In this document: positions 47,432 through 58,800 of the stretch, one piece after another
Position numbering within the stretch: position 1 is the first letter of the stretch
Layout: each line of letters begins with the position of its first letter
NCBI RefSeq assembly: GCF_006345805.1
Contig: NW_021833036.1
Span: forward strand, 62,001 to 126,000
Direction of reading: 5' to 3'
DNA: 64,000 nucleotides
Origin: Octopus sinensis
Taxonomy: Eukaryota
Notes under the pieces: model-generated
What the model was told of the DNA's origin: nothing
The model's input: the letters and a program-made list of their open reading frames with translations, nothing else
Database searches by the model: none
Translations under genes and position numbers: made by a program

Positions 47432-48882
47432 CTCTCTCTCTTTACTCTTTTACTTGTTTCACTCATTTTGACTGCGGCCATGCTGGAGCACCGCCTTTTT
47501 TAGTCGAGCAAATCGACCCCAGAACTTATTCTTTGTAAGCCCAGTACTTATTCTATCGGTCTCCTTTGCCGAACCGCTAAGTAACGGGGATGTAAACTAA
47601 ACACACCAGCATCGGTTGTCAAGTGATGTTGGGGGGACAAACACAGACACACAAACATATACACACACACACATATATACAACGGGCTACTTTCAGTTTC
47701 TGTCAACCAAATCCACTCACAAGGCTTTGGTCGGCTCGAGGCTATAGTAGAAGACACTTTCCCAAGGTGTCACGCTATGGGACTCAACCCGGAACCATGT
47801 GGCTGGTAAGCAAGCTACTTACCACACAGTCACTCCTGTGCCTATATATATATACATACACATACATGATGGGCTTCTTTCAGTTTCCATCTCCCAAATC
47901 CACTCACAAGGCTTTGGTTGGCTCGAGGCTATAGTAGAAGACATTTTCCTAAGGTGCCACGCAGTGGGACTGAACCCTGAACCGTGTGGTTGGTAAACAA
48001 GCTACTTACCACACAGCCACTCCTGCGCCTTTAGCTGATTTAATTTTTAAAACTTAATGAAATAAAATGGCATTATATGTACTCTTTACTCTTTTTTACT
48101 CTTTTACTTGTTTCAGTCATTTGACTGTGGCCATGCTAGAGCACTGCCTTAAATCGAGCAACTCGACCCCGGGACTTATTCTTTGTAAGCCCAGTACTTA
48201 TTCTATCGGTCTCTTTTGCCGAAACGCTAAGAAACGGGGACATAAACACACCAGCATCGGTTGTCAAGCAATGCTAGGGGGACAAACACAGACACACAAA
48301 CACACACATATATATATATACATATATACGACAGGCTTGTTTTAGTTTCCGTCTACCAAATCCACTCACAAGGCATTGGTCGGCCCGGGGCTATAGCAGA
48401 AGACACTTGCCCAAGGTGCCACGCAGTGGGACTGAACCCGGAACCATGTGGTTGGTAAGCAAGCTACTTACTACACACCCACTCCTGTGCCTATATATAT
48501 ATATATACACATACATATATATGATGGGCTTCTTTCAGTTTCCATCTCCCAAATCCACTCACAAGGCTTTGGTCGGCCCGAGGCTATAGTAGAAGACACT
48601 TTCCCGAGGTGCCACGCAGTGGGACTGAACCCTGAACCGTGTGGTTGGTAAGCAAGCTACTTACCACACACCCACTCCTGTGCCTATATATATATATATA
48701 CATACACATACATATATATGATGGGCTTCTTTCAGTTTCCATCTCCCAAATCCACTCACAAGGCTTTGGTCGGCTCGAGGCTATAGTAGAAGACACTTTC
48801 CTAAGGTGCCACGCAGTGGGACTGAACCCTGAACCGTGTGGTTGGTAAACAAGCTACTTACCACACAGCCACTCCTGCGCCT
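47432..48882 (-). mobile_element. Two SINE-B stacks with tandemly repeated head modules, separated and flanked by a 50-bp direct repeat
   Basis: Repeat at 47381-47431, 48033-48083 and 48885-48934. Confidence 0.88.
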
Positions 48883-48987
48883 TAAGCTGATTTAATTTTT
48901 AAAACTTAATGAAATAAAATGGCATCATATGTACATTCAGAAAACAAAATTTTTTTTTCATTATTTCTTATTTTATGCTTTCATTAA

Positions 48988-49569
48988 CCCCTTACCCGGC
49001 AGAAACGAATATATGCGTTTTGACCGAAATCGTTTTTTTCTATCTCTGGCGAGTTAACTCGTCAAAAGATAGACTCGCCAAAACGACAGCAAACGAGTTC
49101 CTTCATCTATTATAAACTCCTTTTTGACATATACGAGTATATTCGCTCACTTTATACGTCTGGCAGTGACGATTTCTGCCACCTTTCGCTTGAGTAAGGC
49201 ATTGAAGACCGAGTATGATTTAGTCACCTGGAGACAGTCGAAGCGTTGGAAGGCACATTTTATGAATAGAAGTATTCACTTTGTTTTTACGTTGTTTTTT
49301 TTTTATACCTTTATATTATAACCCCACCATGTCGATAATCAAATAAAATAACATGATTTTTTGTAAAAGTAATGATTTATGAAAAAAACGGGTTAACTCG
49401 TTTCTGCCCAAAGCGGTAATTTAAAATCAATATTATTGAATTAAAATTCATAATAAATAAGGCTTGAAATATACCTCAAAATCACCATTCAAAACATAGT
49501 AAAATAAAACAATTAAAAAATATGTCTGAAAAAATACATTTATTTTCAAAATAATTGTTGGGTAAGGGG
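48988..49569. mobile_element. Non-autonomous piggyBac element
   Basis: TTAA (48984-48987), TIR CCCCTTACCC ... GGGTAAGGGG, TTAA (49570-49573). Confidence 0.85.
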
Positions 49570-49685
49570 TTAAGCCTCCAAAATGTGTCAGATCATTTCG
49601 GTCCACCCTGTAATTCATCACCAGGGTTTTTAAAAAAAATATTTCTTTTAATTCCTCGTATGTTTCCACTTCTTTTATTCCTTAG

Positions 49686-49826
49686 ATGGGAGAAAGCAGA
49701 AACAGAAGCCGTCTTGTTGACCAAATTGCAAAAGGATCTCTCACGGCTGGACGACCTCCTTACTGCTGACGTGTCCATCATCCGAGACAAAATCGAAACT
49801 TCCAGCTTGGAGTACCTTGAAGCACA
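49686..49826 (+). CDS. GORAB: GORAB exon 4 (WEKAETEAVLLTKLQKDLSRLDDLLTADVSIIRDKIETSSLEYLEA)
   Basis: ttccttag|A...CA|gtatgt, 141 nt, phase 2/2. Contains the LDD-x3-AD(I/V)-x-I-x-R-x2-I-x3-SL(D/E)Y motif of GORAB. Confidence 0.95.
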
Positions 49827-49854
49827 GTATGTAAAAATACATACATATATATAT

Positions 49855-50535
49855 ATCATCATCATCATCATCATCGTTTAACGTCCGTTCTCCCTGCTAG
49901 CATGGGTTGGACGGTTTGACCGGGGATCCGGGAAGCCAGAAGGCTGCACCAGGCTCCGGTCTGATCTGGCAATGTTTCTACAGCTGGATGCCCTTCCTAA
50001 CGCCAACCACTCCGTGAGTGTAGTGGGTGCTTTTTACATGCCACCTGCACTGGTGCCAGGCGAGGCTGGCATCGGCCACGGTCGGATTGGTGCATTTTAC
50101 GTGCCACCTGCACGGAAGCCAGTCGAGGCGGCACTGGCTTCGGCCACGATTCGGATGGTGCTTTTTACGTGCCACCCGACCGGAACCCAGTCGAGGCGGC
50201 GCTGGCATCGGCCACGATTCGGATAGTGCTTTTTACGTATCTCCAGTCCAGGGGTCCTGGCATCTGCCGGGTGCCAGTCATAGGATTGGTTCAATTTCGA
50301 TTCCGATTTCACTTGCCCCAACAGGTCTTTGTGTGTCCAAGGGGGGAAAGGCATGCATAAGTGGGCTGGACTCACTTGTCCTGCCTGGTCTTTTCATGCA
50401 CAGCATATTTCCAAAGGTCTCGGTTGCTAGTCATTTCCTCAGTGAGACCTAAAGTTCGAAGTCGTGCTTCACCACCTCGTCCCAAGTTTTCCTGGGTCTA
50501 CCTCTTCCACGGGTTCCCTCCACTGCTAGGGATTG
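49855..50535 (-). mobile_element. RTE-A 3' end
   Basis: Homologous to 4030-5020. Confidence 0.88.
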
Positions 50536-50845
50536 GCATATATCCATATCTATTATATTGCCCTCATTTTCCCTACCCCCAAATTGATATGCACTCTATC
50601 TCCGCTCAATCCCTATCTCTGATTGTGTGTTTTTATTCTCCCTCTCTCATATTCACCTTCTAGCTTCAGGGTGCTCTCTCTCACTTTCTCTCTCCCTCTC
50701 TCTCAAAAAGGATTAGTCATTCATGTACTTCGAAGTTTCGCCCTTAACAATTAAATACACATTAATTAATTAGTTAATGCATGTCTATGGCTCATCAGCG
50801 AGAATTACTACGGACGTATAAATATAAAGCTCAAATACATACTGC

Positions 50846-50878
<33 letters not shown>

Positions 50879-50884
50879 TATAGG

Positions 50885-51270
50885 ATGGAAGCACTCCGTC
50901 GGTAACGACGATGAGGGTTCCGGTTGATCCGATCAACGGAACAGCTTGCTCGTGAAATTAACGTGTAAGTGGCTGAGCACTCCACAGACACGTGTACCCT
51001 TAATGTAGTTCTCGGGGATATTCAGCGTGACACAGAGAGTGACAAGGCCGGCCCTTTGAAATACAGGTACAACAGAAAAATAGGAAGTAAGAGTGAGAGA
51101 AAGTTGTGGTGAAAGAGTACAGCAGGGATCACTACCATCCCCGCCGGAGCCTTGTGGAGCTTTTGGTGTTTTCGCTCAATAAACACTCACAACACCCGGT
51201 CTGGGAATCGAAACCGCGATCCTATGACCGCGAGTCCGCTGCCCTAACCACTGGGCCATTGTGCCTCCAT
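50885..51270 (-). mobile_element. SINE-D
   Basis: Full-length copy. Confidence 0.9.
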
Positions 51271-51280
51271 ATATATATAT

Positions 51281-51315
<35 letters not shown>

Positions 51316-51414
51316 CCGGAGTAAACACATAAATGTGAAACAATGTGGAAAAAAGAGTACTCAAATACCAGTGGTAGAGTAATATGCTTTATTTAAAAGC
51401 AGCAGAAATTCAAC

Positions 51415-51462
51415 AAAACCTGTTTACTCAGAGTTTCACATTCCTGTTCATCGGACAGTTTT
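51415..51462 (-). ncRNA. Minimal type-I hammerhead-ribozyme-like motif in a Penelope-like terminal repeat
   Basis: Minus strand: AAAA CUGU CCGAUGA ACA-GGAA-UGU GAAA CUC-U-GAG UA A ACAG G UUUU. U4 is replaced by C and there is one extra A after the cleavage triplet. Confidence 0.5.
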
Positions 51463-51732
51463 GTTAAAATAGAACCAATATGACAATTCTATCAAGACTA
51501 GTGTAAACGTTACGCCTTTAAAAATGGACTTGCTTGATTGGTCCTTTCAAATAACGGTCATATGTGAGCGATAAACAAAAATGAGTTCAATATAAAATAT
51601 AAAATTATAAAAGTTGAGGAAAAACCTTAAATCGAATCTTTGGTTAAAATGTCATTAATAAAGAAAATATAATTAATACATAGAAATTGAAATTAAAATA
51701 TTAAAATATATTAAAATATTTCACAACAGTAC

Positions 51733-51798
51733 ATAGATAGATAGATAGATAGATAGACAGATAGATAGATAGATAGCTAGATAGACAGATAGATAGAC

Positions 51799-51849
<51 letters not shown>

Positions 51850-51862
51850 CAGATAGATAGAC

Positions 51863-51893
<31 letters not shown>

Positions 51894-51922
51894 CAGATAG
51901 ATAGATAGACAGATAGATAGAC

Positions 51923-51953
<31 letters not shown>

Positions 51954-51994
51954 CAGATAGATAGATAGATAGATAGATAGACAGATAGATAGAC

Positions 51995-52033
<39 letters not shown>

Positions 52034-52046
52034 CAGATAGATAGAC

Positions 52047-52097
<51 letters not shown>

Positions 52098-52110
52098 CAG
52101 ATAGATAGAC

Positions 52111-52141
<31 letters not shown>

Positions 52142-52168
52142 GAGATAGATAGACAGATAGATAGATAG
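51733..52168. repeat. (GATA)n/(GACA) microsatellite
   Basis: Direct reading. Confidence 0.97.
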
Positions 52169-52274
52169 CATTCATCATCATCATTTGATGTCCATTGTCC
52201 TTGCTGGTATGGGTTGGATGGTTTGACCAGGGCTGGTAAGCTGAGGGGCTGATTTGGCATGGTTTCTACAGCTG

Positions 52275-52763
52275 TAATGATATGCATAAGATCTGGTCAT
52301 CAAATCTAAGTAGAGACTTCAAACTTGAAATCTTCAAAGCCACAGTCGAACCAATTCTACTATATGGCTCAGAAACCTGGACGTTATCAAAGAAGCTTGA
52401 GAGGCGGTTGGATGGAACCTACACTCGCTTCCTTATGAGAGCACAAAATCTCTCGTGGAAGCGCCATCCAACCAAAATGCAAATATATGGGAAACTACCA
52501 CCTGTGTCATATCTTGTGAAAGGTAGAAGAGTCCAGTTTGCTGGACATTGTTGTAGAGCTGAAAAAGAAGTAATTTCTACTCTTCTCCTCTGGAAGCCAT
52601 CTACTCGCAATACCAGAGGGCGCACACTCTCCTACCCTGATGTAATCTCCAGGGATACAGGCATCCAGCAACAGGACCTCCGTAATGCTATGATAGACCG
52701 TGAAGTCTGGCGTAGCATGGTAAATTCCATTGTCTCGACCACGGTTGAACAGTGATGATGATG
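52275..52763 (+). mobile_element. RTE-B 3' fragment inserted into an RTE-A 3'UTR
   Basis: 7-bp TSD ACAGCTG at 52268-52274 and 52764-52770; ORF ends STTVEQ* directly in the (TGA)n tail. Confidence 0.92.
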
Positions 52764-53079
52764 ACAGCTGGATGCCCTTCCTAATGTTAACCACTCCAAG
52801 AGTGTAATGGGTGCTTTTACGTGCCACGGGCATGGGTGCCAGTTGCGTGGCACCAGTGTCTCCCACGACTATGATTTTCACTCGGCTTGATGGGTTACAC
52901 GCACAGCAGCTTCGCACAGTTTCCCATCTGCCAGGATCAGTCACAAGACAATGAAACCCGCAGGGCCTGAGGCCATAGTAGAAAACATTTGCACAAGATG
53001 CCGTGCAGTGGGACTGAACCCAAAAACATGAAGTTGAAAAGCAAACCTCTTAACCACACATCCATGCCTACACCTCTAT

Positions 53080-53117
<38 letters not shown>

Positions 53118-53149
53118 GCTGTTTCCTCCTTAAACCCTCCAAATAAGTC

Positions 53150-53890
53150 CTTATGTGGTACTCTTTACTCTCTCTCTTTTACTTGCTTCGAGCAAATCGA
53201 CCCCAGGAGTTATTCTTCGTAAGCCCAGTACTTATTCTGTCGATCTCTTTTGCCGAACCGCTAAGTTACGGGGACGTAAACACACCAGCATCGGTTGTCA
53301 AGCAATGTTGGGGGGACAAACAGACACACAACACACACACACACATATATACATATATATGATGGGCTTTGACACCGCTTGAAAAAAATCCCATTTTCCG
53401 TAGCAATCATTATCATCATCATCATCATTGTTTAACGTCCGTTCTCCATGCTAGCATGGGTTGGACGGTTTGACTGGGGTCTGGGAAGCCAGAAGGCTGC
53501 ACCAGGCTCCAGTCTGATCTGGCAGACTGGAGCAATGTCGTATGAAATTGTCACCCATAATTATAACCCTAGTATCTTTGTAAGCCTAGTACTTATTCTA
53601 TTGGTCTCTTTTGCCGAACTGCTATGTTACGGAGACGTAAACACACCAACATCGGTTGTCAAGCGATGTTGGGGGACAAACAGACACACAAACACATACA
53701 CACACACACACACATATATACATATATACGATGGGCTTCTTTCAGTTTCCGTCTACCAAATCCACTCACAAGGCTCTGGTCGGCCCGAGGCTATTGTAGA
53801 AGACACTTGCCCAAGGTGCCACGCAGTGGGACTGAACCCGGAACCATGTGGTTTGTAAGCAAGCTACTTACCACACAGCCTCTCCTACGC
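53150..53890 (-). mobile_element. SINE-B copies with an intervening RTE-A 3' end
   Basis: Sequence identity with other copies. Confidence 0.85.
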
Positions 53891-53919
53891 CTGGGAAACA
53901 AAATACAAGGCTTTATTTT

Positions 53920-54560
53920 GCATCTTCTTTCTTTCTTTCTTTCTTCTTCTTCTTCTTTCTTCTTCTTCTTTCTTCTTCTTCTTCTTCTTCTTCTTCTTCT
54001 TCTTCTTCTTTTCTTCTTCTTCTTTCTTCTTCTTCTCTTCTTCTCCTTCTTCCCCTTCTTCTCCTCCTTCTTCTTCTTCTTCTTCTTCTTTCTTCTTCTC
54101 TTTCTTTCTTCTTCTTCTTTCTTTCTTTCTTTCTTTTTCTTCCCTTTCTTCTTCTTCCCTTTCTTCTTCTACTTCTTTTCGTCCCTTTCTTCTTCTCTTC
54201 TCCTCCTTCTTCTTCTTCTTCTTCTTCTCCTTCTTCTCCTTCTTCTCCTTCTTCTCCTTCTTCTTCTTCTTCTCCTCCTTCTTCTTCTTCTTCTCCTCCT
54301 TCTCCTTCTTCTCCTTCTTCTTCTTCCCTTTCTTCTTCTTTTCTTCTTCTTCTTCTTTTCTTCTTCTTCTTCTTCTTTTCTTCTTCTTCTCTTTCTTTCT
54401 TTCTTCTTTTTCTTTTCTTTCCCTTTCTTCTTCTTCTTCTTCTTCTTCTTCGTTTTCTTCTTCTTCTCCTCCTCCTTCTTCTCCTTCTTCCCCTTCTTCT
54501 CCTCCTTCTCCTCCTCCCCCTCTTCCTCCCCCCTCCTCCTTCTTCTTCCCCCTCCCCCTA
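53920..54560. repeat. ~640-bp (CTT)n-rich polypyrimidine tract before GORAB exon 5
   Basis: Almost purine-free on the plus strand. Confidence 0.97.
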
Positions 54561-54615
54561 TCTCCCCCACTCCTGCTCACCACCATCTTTCTAACGCCTT
54601 CTTCTCTCTTTCCAG

Positions 54616-55585
54616 GAAGCGTTACGAGAGAGCCGAGAAGGAGTTCATCAGGTGCAAACTGGAGATGTTCCGTAAGGCCGAACTCAAGGAACAGCTCACC
54701 GAACACCTGTACACCATTATTTACCAGAACGAGATGAGGAAGGCGCAGAAGCTGTCGGAACTGACGGAGAAGCTAAAGATTTGTCCAATATCAGAAGAGG
54801 TGGAGTGCATCCTTCCGCAAATGCCACCAGTTCCTGTATATAACCCCGTTAACACGATACACTCCCCCTGCAAAGACATTTCCACCACCACTGCCAACAC
54901 CACCACCACCACAACCACTGATACAACCACTGCCAACACCACCACCACCACAACCACCGACAGCACCACAACCCCTGACAGCACCACAACCACTGACACC
55001 ACCACCACAACCACTGACACCACCACTACTGCTAGTGTGACCCCTTCTAATGCTAGCAGTACAGATAAAGGGTCGGCAATAGCTATCGAAGGTTGCCCCG
55101 AGAAAGACACCCCTGTGACCTCCCCCGCAGAAACGGCGCCTTCGCAGTCTGAGGAGTGCCACGCTGCTGAGACGTGTGCCGACGCTTGTCCCTCCGGAGG
55201 AACGGAGTCAGCCCCGGAGGGCTCTGGAAATCCCGGTGGAGATCCGCTTACCGAAAAACTGTCCGAGTCGCGAGTGGGAGCCGGGGACGACGTGACCCTT
55301 GCTGTCTCCAGCCCCATCGAAAATAACACCAGCAACATCGTTAGTGGCGGAAATAGCAGCAGTAGTAATAATAATAATAATAATAATAATAGTAGTAGTA
55401 GTAGTAGTAATAATAATATTAACGATAATAATAATAATAATAATAATAATGCTGACAGCAACAACAACAATAATAACAATAATAATAATAATAATGTAAC
55501 AGTCCCTGCCTTAGCAACGCAACACAAGAATACCAATGCAAAGGGAGATAATCATAACGAGGGGGAGGGAACTGGTGATAGTTGA
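54616..55585 (+). CDS. GORAB: GORAB terminal exon (QKRYERAEKEFIRCKLEMFRKAELKEQLTEHLYTIIYQNEMRKAQKL... plus Thr- and Asn-rich tail)
   Basis: tttccag|G acceptor in phase 2. KEQLTEHL-x-TII-x-QNE-x-RKA-x-KL is the GORAB signature. Stop TGA at 55583-55585. Confidence 0.95.
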
Positions 55586-55749
55586 GATACTCAGAGACTA
55601 AACCAGACTAAACGCCTTACCATCCTTTTTTTTGATCTCTTTAGGTATTTTTTTTTCCTTTTGGGAGCTCAAATCTCATTCATCCATACAAGGTCAAATG
55701 TCATTTTGTACCAGGGGATTCTCATTTTTTAAAAATATTTTTTTTCCTG

Positions 55750-56075
55750 TGTACTTTATTATAATTCTGTACTTTGAGTCTGCACTTTATCATAATCCTG
55801 TACTTTATTATAATCCTGTACTTCAATCCTGTACTTTATTATAATTCTGTACTTTAATTCTGTACTTTATTATAATTCTGTACTTTATTATAATCATGTA
55901 CTTCAATTCTGTACTTTATTATAATTCTGCACTTTATTATAATCATGTACTTTAATTCTGTACTTTATTATAATTCTGTACTTTAATTCTGTACTTTATT
56001 ATAATCCTGTACTTCATCATAATCCTGTACTTTATTAAAATATTGTACTCCAATTCTGTACTTTATTATAATTCA
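55750..56075 (+). repeat. CTGTACTTTATTATAAT-type minisatellite in the probable GORAB 3'UTR
   Basis: About 20 TGTACTT-core units of 13-18 bp; ATTAAA at 56034-56039. Confidence 0.85.
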
Positions 56076-56129
56076 GTCAAAACCCATGCTAGCATGGAAA
56101 GCGGACGTTAAACGATGAATAATAATAAT

Positions 56130-56557
56130 AATAATAATAATCCCTTCTGCTATAGGCACAAAGCCTGAAATTTTTGGGGCCGGGGGCTAGTCAATTAGTC
56201 CAACCCCAGTATACAACTGGTACTTAATTTATCGACTCCAAAAGGATGAAAGACAGAGTCAACCTCAGCGATATTTGAACTCAGAATGTAGCTGCAGACG
56301 AAATACCTATTTCTTTACTCCCCACAAGGGGCTAAACATAGAGGGGACAAACAAGGACAGACAAACGGATTAAGTTGATTACATCGACCCAAGTGCGTCA
56401 CTGCTACTTAATTTATCGACCCCAAAAGGATGAAAGGCAAAGTCAACCTCAGCAGTATTTGAACTCAGAACGTACCTGCAGACGAAATACCACTAAGCAT
56501 TTCGCCCAGTGTGCTAACAATTCTGCCAGCTCACCACCTTAGGCTAATTAATATAAT

Positions 56558-56589
<32 letters not shown>

Positions 56590-56608
56590 TAATAATAATA
56601 ATAATAAT

Positions 56609-56652
<44 letters not shown>

Positions 56653-58347
56653 GTTTCAAGTTTTGACACAAGGCCAGCAATTTCAGGAGAGGGGTAGGTC
56701 AATTACAGTGACCCAGGTACTCAACTGGTGCTTATTTCATTGATCCCAAAAGGATAAAAAGCAAAGACGAATTTAAAATCAGAATTCTGAATGCTAAGAT
56801 ACACAAAATACTGCCAAGCATTTTGCCTGCATGGTGAGGATTCTGCTAGCTTGCCACCATAATAATAATAATAATGATAATGATGATGATGATGATGATG
56901 ATGACGATGATGATGACGATGATGATGACGATGATGATGATGATGATGACGGTGACGATGATGATGATGACGATGACAACGATGACGACGACGATGATGA
57001 TGATGACGATGATGATGATGATGGTAAATCTTTCTAATTTTGGCACAAGGCCTGAACTATTGGATGAGAGAGGGCTTAGTTGATTACATTGACATGCCTC
57101 ACCCCCCCCCTACTCCCAGTCCTCGACTGGTATATATTTTATCCACCAGAAAAAACATAAAAGACAGAGTCACCCTTAGTGGGATTTGAACCCAGTACAA
57201 CTAGAAGTGCTACTAAGCATTTTGTTTGGCATTTAACGTCCATTTTCCATGCTGGCATGGGTTGGATGGCATGACAGGAACCGATATCTGAGTACTTTGT
57301 ACGTGGCATCTTGGTTTTAGGATCTCAATTGTGGGCATGTTTTCTTCAGTATAGCAATGTCCCACATATCTTGGTTCCTCTCTCATCTTCATAAGGTCTA
57401 GTATTTTTAGATCAGCCTTCAGTACCTCATCCTATGTCTTCATGGCTCTCTCTTTTCCACAACATCCCTCCCCTTTAAGTGATCAGCACTTGATAATAAT
57501 AATATCCTTTCTGCTAAAGGCACAAGGCCTGAAATTTGGTGGGAGGAGGTAAGTCAATTACATCGAGCCCAGTGCGTAACTGGTACTTAATTTATCGACC
57601 CCGAAAGCATGAAAGGCAGAGTCGACCTTGGCGGAATTTGAACTCAGAACATAGCAGCAGACGAAATACTGCTAAGCATTTTGCCTGGTATGCTAACGAT
57701 TCTGCCAGCTCGCCACCTTAATAATAATAATAATAATAATAGTAATAATAATAATAATAATAATAATCTTTTCTACTCTACGTACAAGGCCCAACATTTT
57801 TGGGGAGGGGCCAGTCGATTACATCGACCCAGAGCGTAACTGGTACTTAATTTATCGACCCTGAAAGCATGAAAGGCAAAGTCGACCTTGGCGGAATTTG
57901 AACTCAGAACGTAATGGCAGACGAAATACCTATTTCTTTACTACCCACAAGGGGCTAAACACAGAGGGGACAAACAAGGACAGACAAATGCATTAAGTCA
58001 ATTATATCGACCCCAGTGCATAACTGGTACTTATTTAATCGACCCCGAAAGGATGAAAGACAAAGTCGACCTCGGCGGAATTTGAACTCAGAACGTAGCG
58101 GCAGACGAAATACCTATTTCTTTACTACCCACAAGGGGCTAAACACAGAGGGGACAAACAAGGACAGACATGGGTATTAAGTCAATTATATCGACCCCAG
58201 TGCATAACTAGTACTTATTTAATCGACCCCGAAAGGATGAAAGGCAAAGTCGACCTCGGCGGAATTTGAACTCAGAATGTAGCGGCAGACGAAATACCAC
58301 TAAGCATTACGCCCGGCATGCTAACGATTCTGCCAACTCGCCGCCTT
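56130..58347 (-). mobile_element. Cluster of SINE-C copies interleaved with (AAT)n and (GAT)n microsatellites
   Basis: Copies at ~56130-56545, 56650-56860, 57500-57720 and 57765-58347 (three tandem bodies). Confidence 0.85.
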
Positions 58348-58384
58348 GAAAAAATATCAGGTTCTAGTAATAATAATAATAATA

Positions 58385-58800
58385 GAGCATGTCCCTTAGT
58401 GGCTGACGATATGTGCATCTCTGATCACGAGCAGAAGTAGTGGGGGAGCATCATGGCCATGTGTTGGGGGGGATTCTTTGGGATTTGAATAATTTACCTC
58501 TGGAAACATGGGTGGTTCTTTCAACATCCTTAAACAACCCTTATTCAGGGACCTTTTGAGCGGGATGGGTTACTCGATCTGAAGAAAATTCTAACTGGGC
58601 CCCACCTGCAAGGTCATGTGCTGTTTATCTTGATATGAGATCACCATGTCGCGCACATATGGTTGTGATGCATGTGCCTGGTGTACCCTTATCAGACGAG
58701 TAGTCATGATGGGTATATTGGGCTTCGTATATTTTACCCCAGTGTCACTTTGAAGGCATGCACTGCTCCCTCACTCAATAATAATAATAATAATAATAAT
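58385..58800 (+). mobile_element. 3' end of (AAT)n-tailed non-LTR element (family J) within an AAT tract
   Basis: Flanked by (AAT)n on both sides; second copy at 35080-35315. Confidence 0.75.

Larger units (their letters stand above)
47300..49611 (+). mobile_element. 3' remnant of a Tc1/mariner-superfamily element hosting two SINE-B stacks and a piggyBac MITE
   Basis: C-terminal remnant HRVINNFHERLQQCVDNDGKPLADLI; terminal ...cggtccaccctgTA at ~49597-49611. Confidence 0.6.

Noticed and set aside
53624-55585. 653-aa ORF as a single-exon gene
   Set aside because: The first ~330 codons are SINE-B and the CTT tract read through by chance; only 54616-55585 is the GORAB terminal exon.
56794-57083. 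Poly-Asp/Ser/Met/Ile ORFs
   Set aside because: (GAT)n microsatellite.
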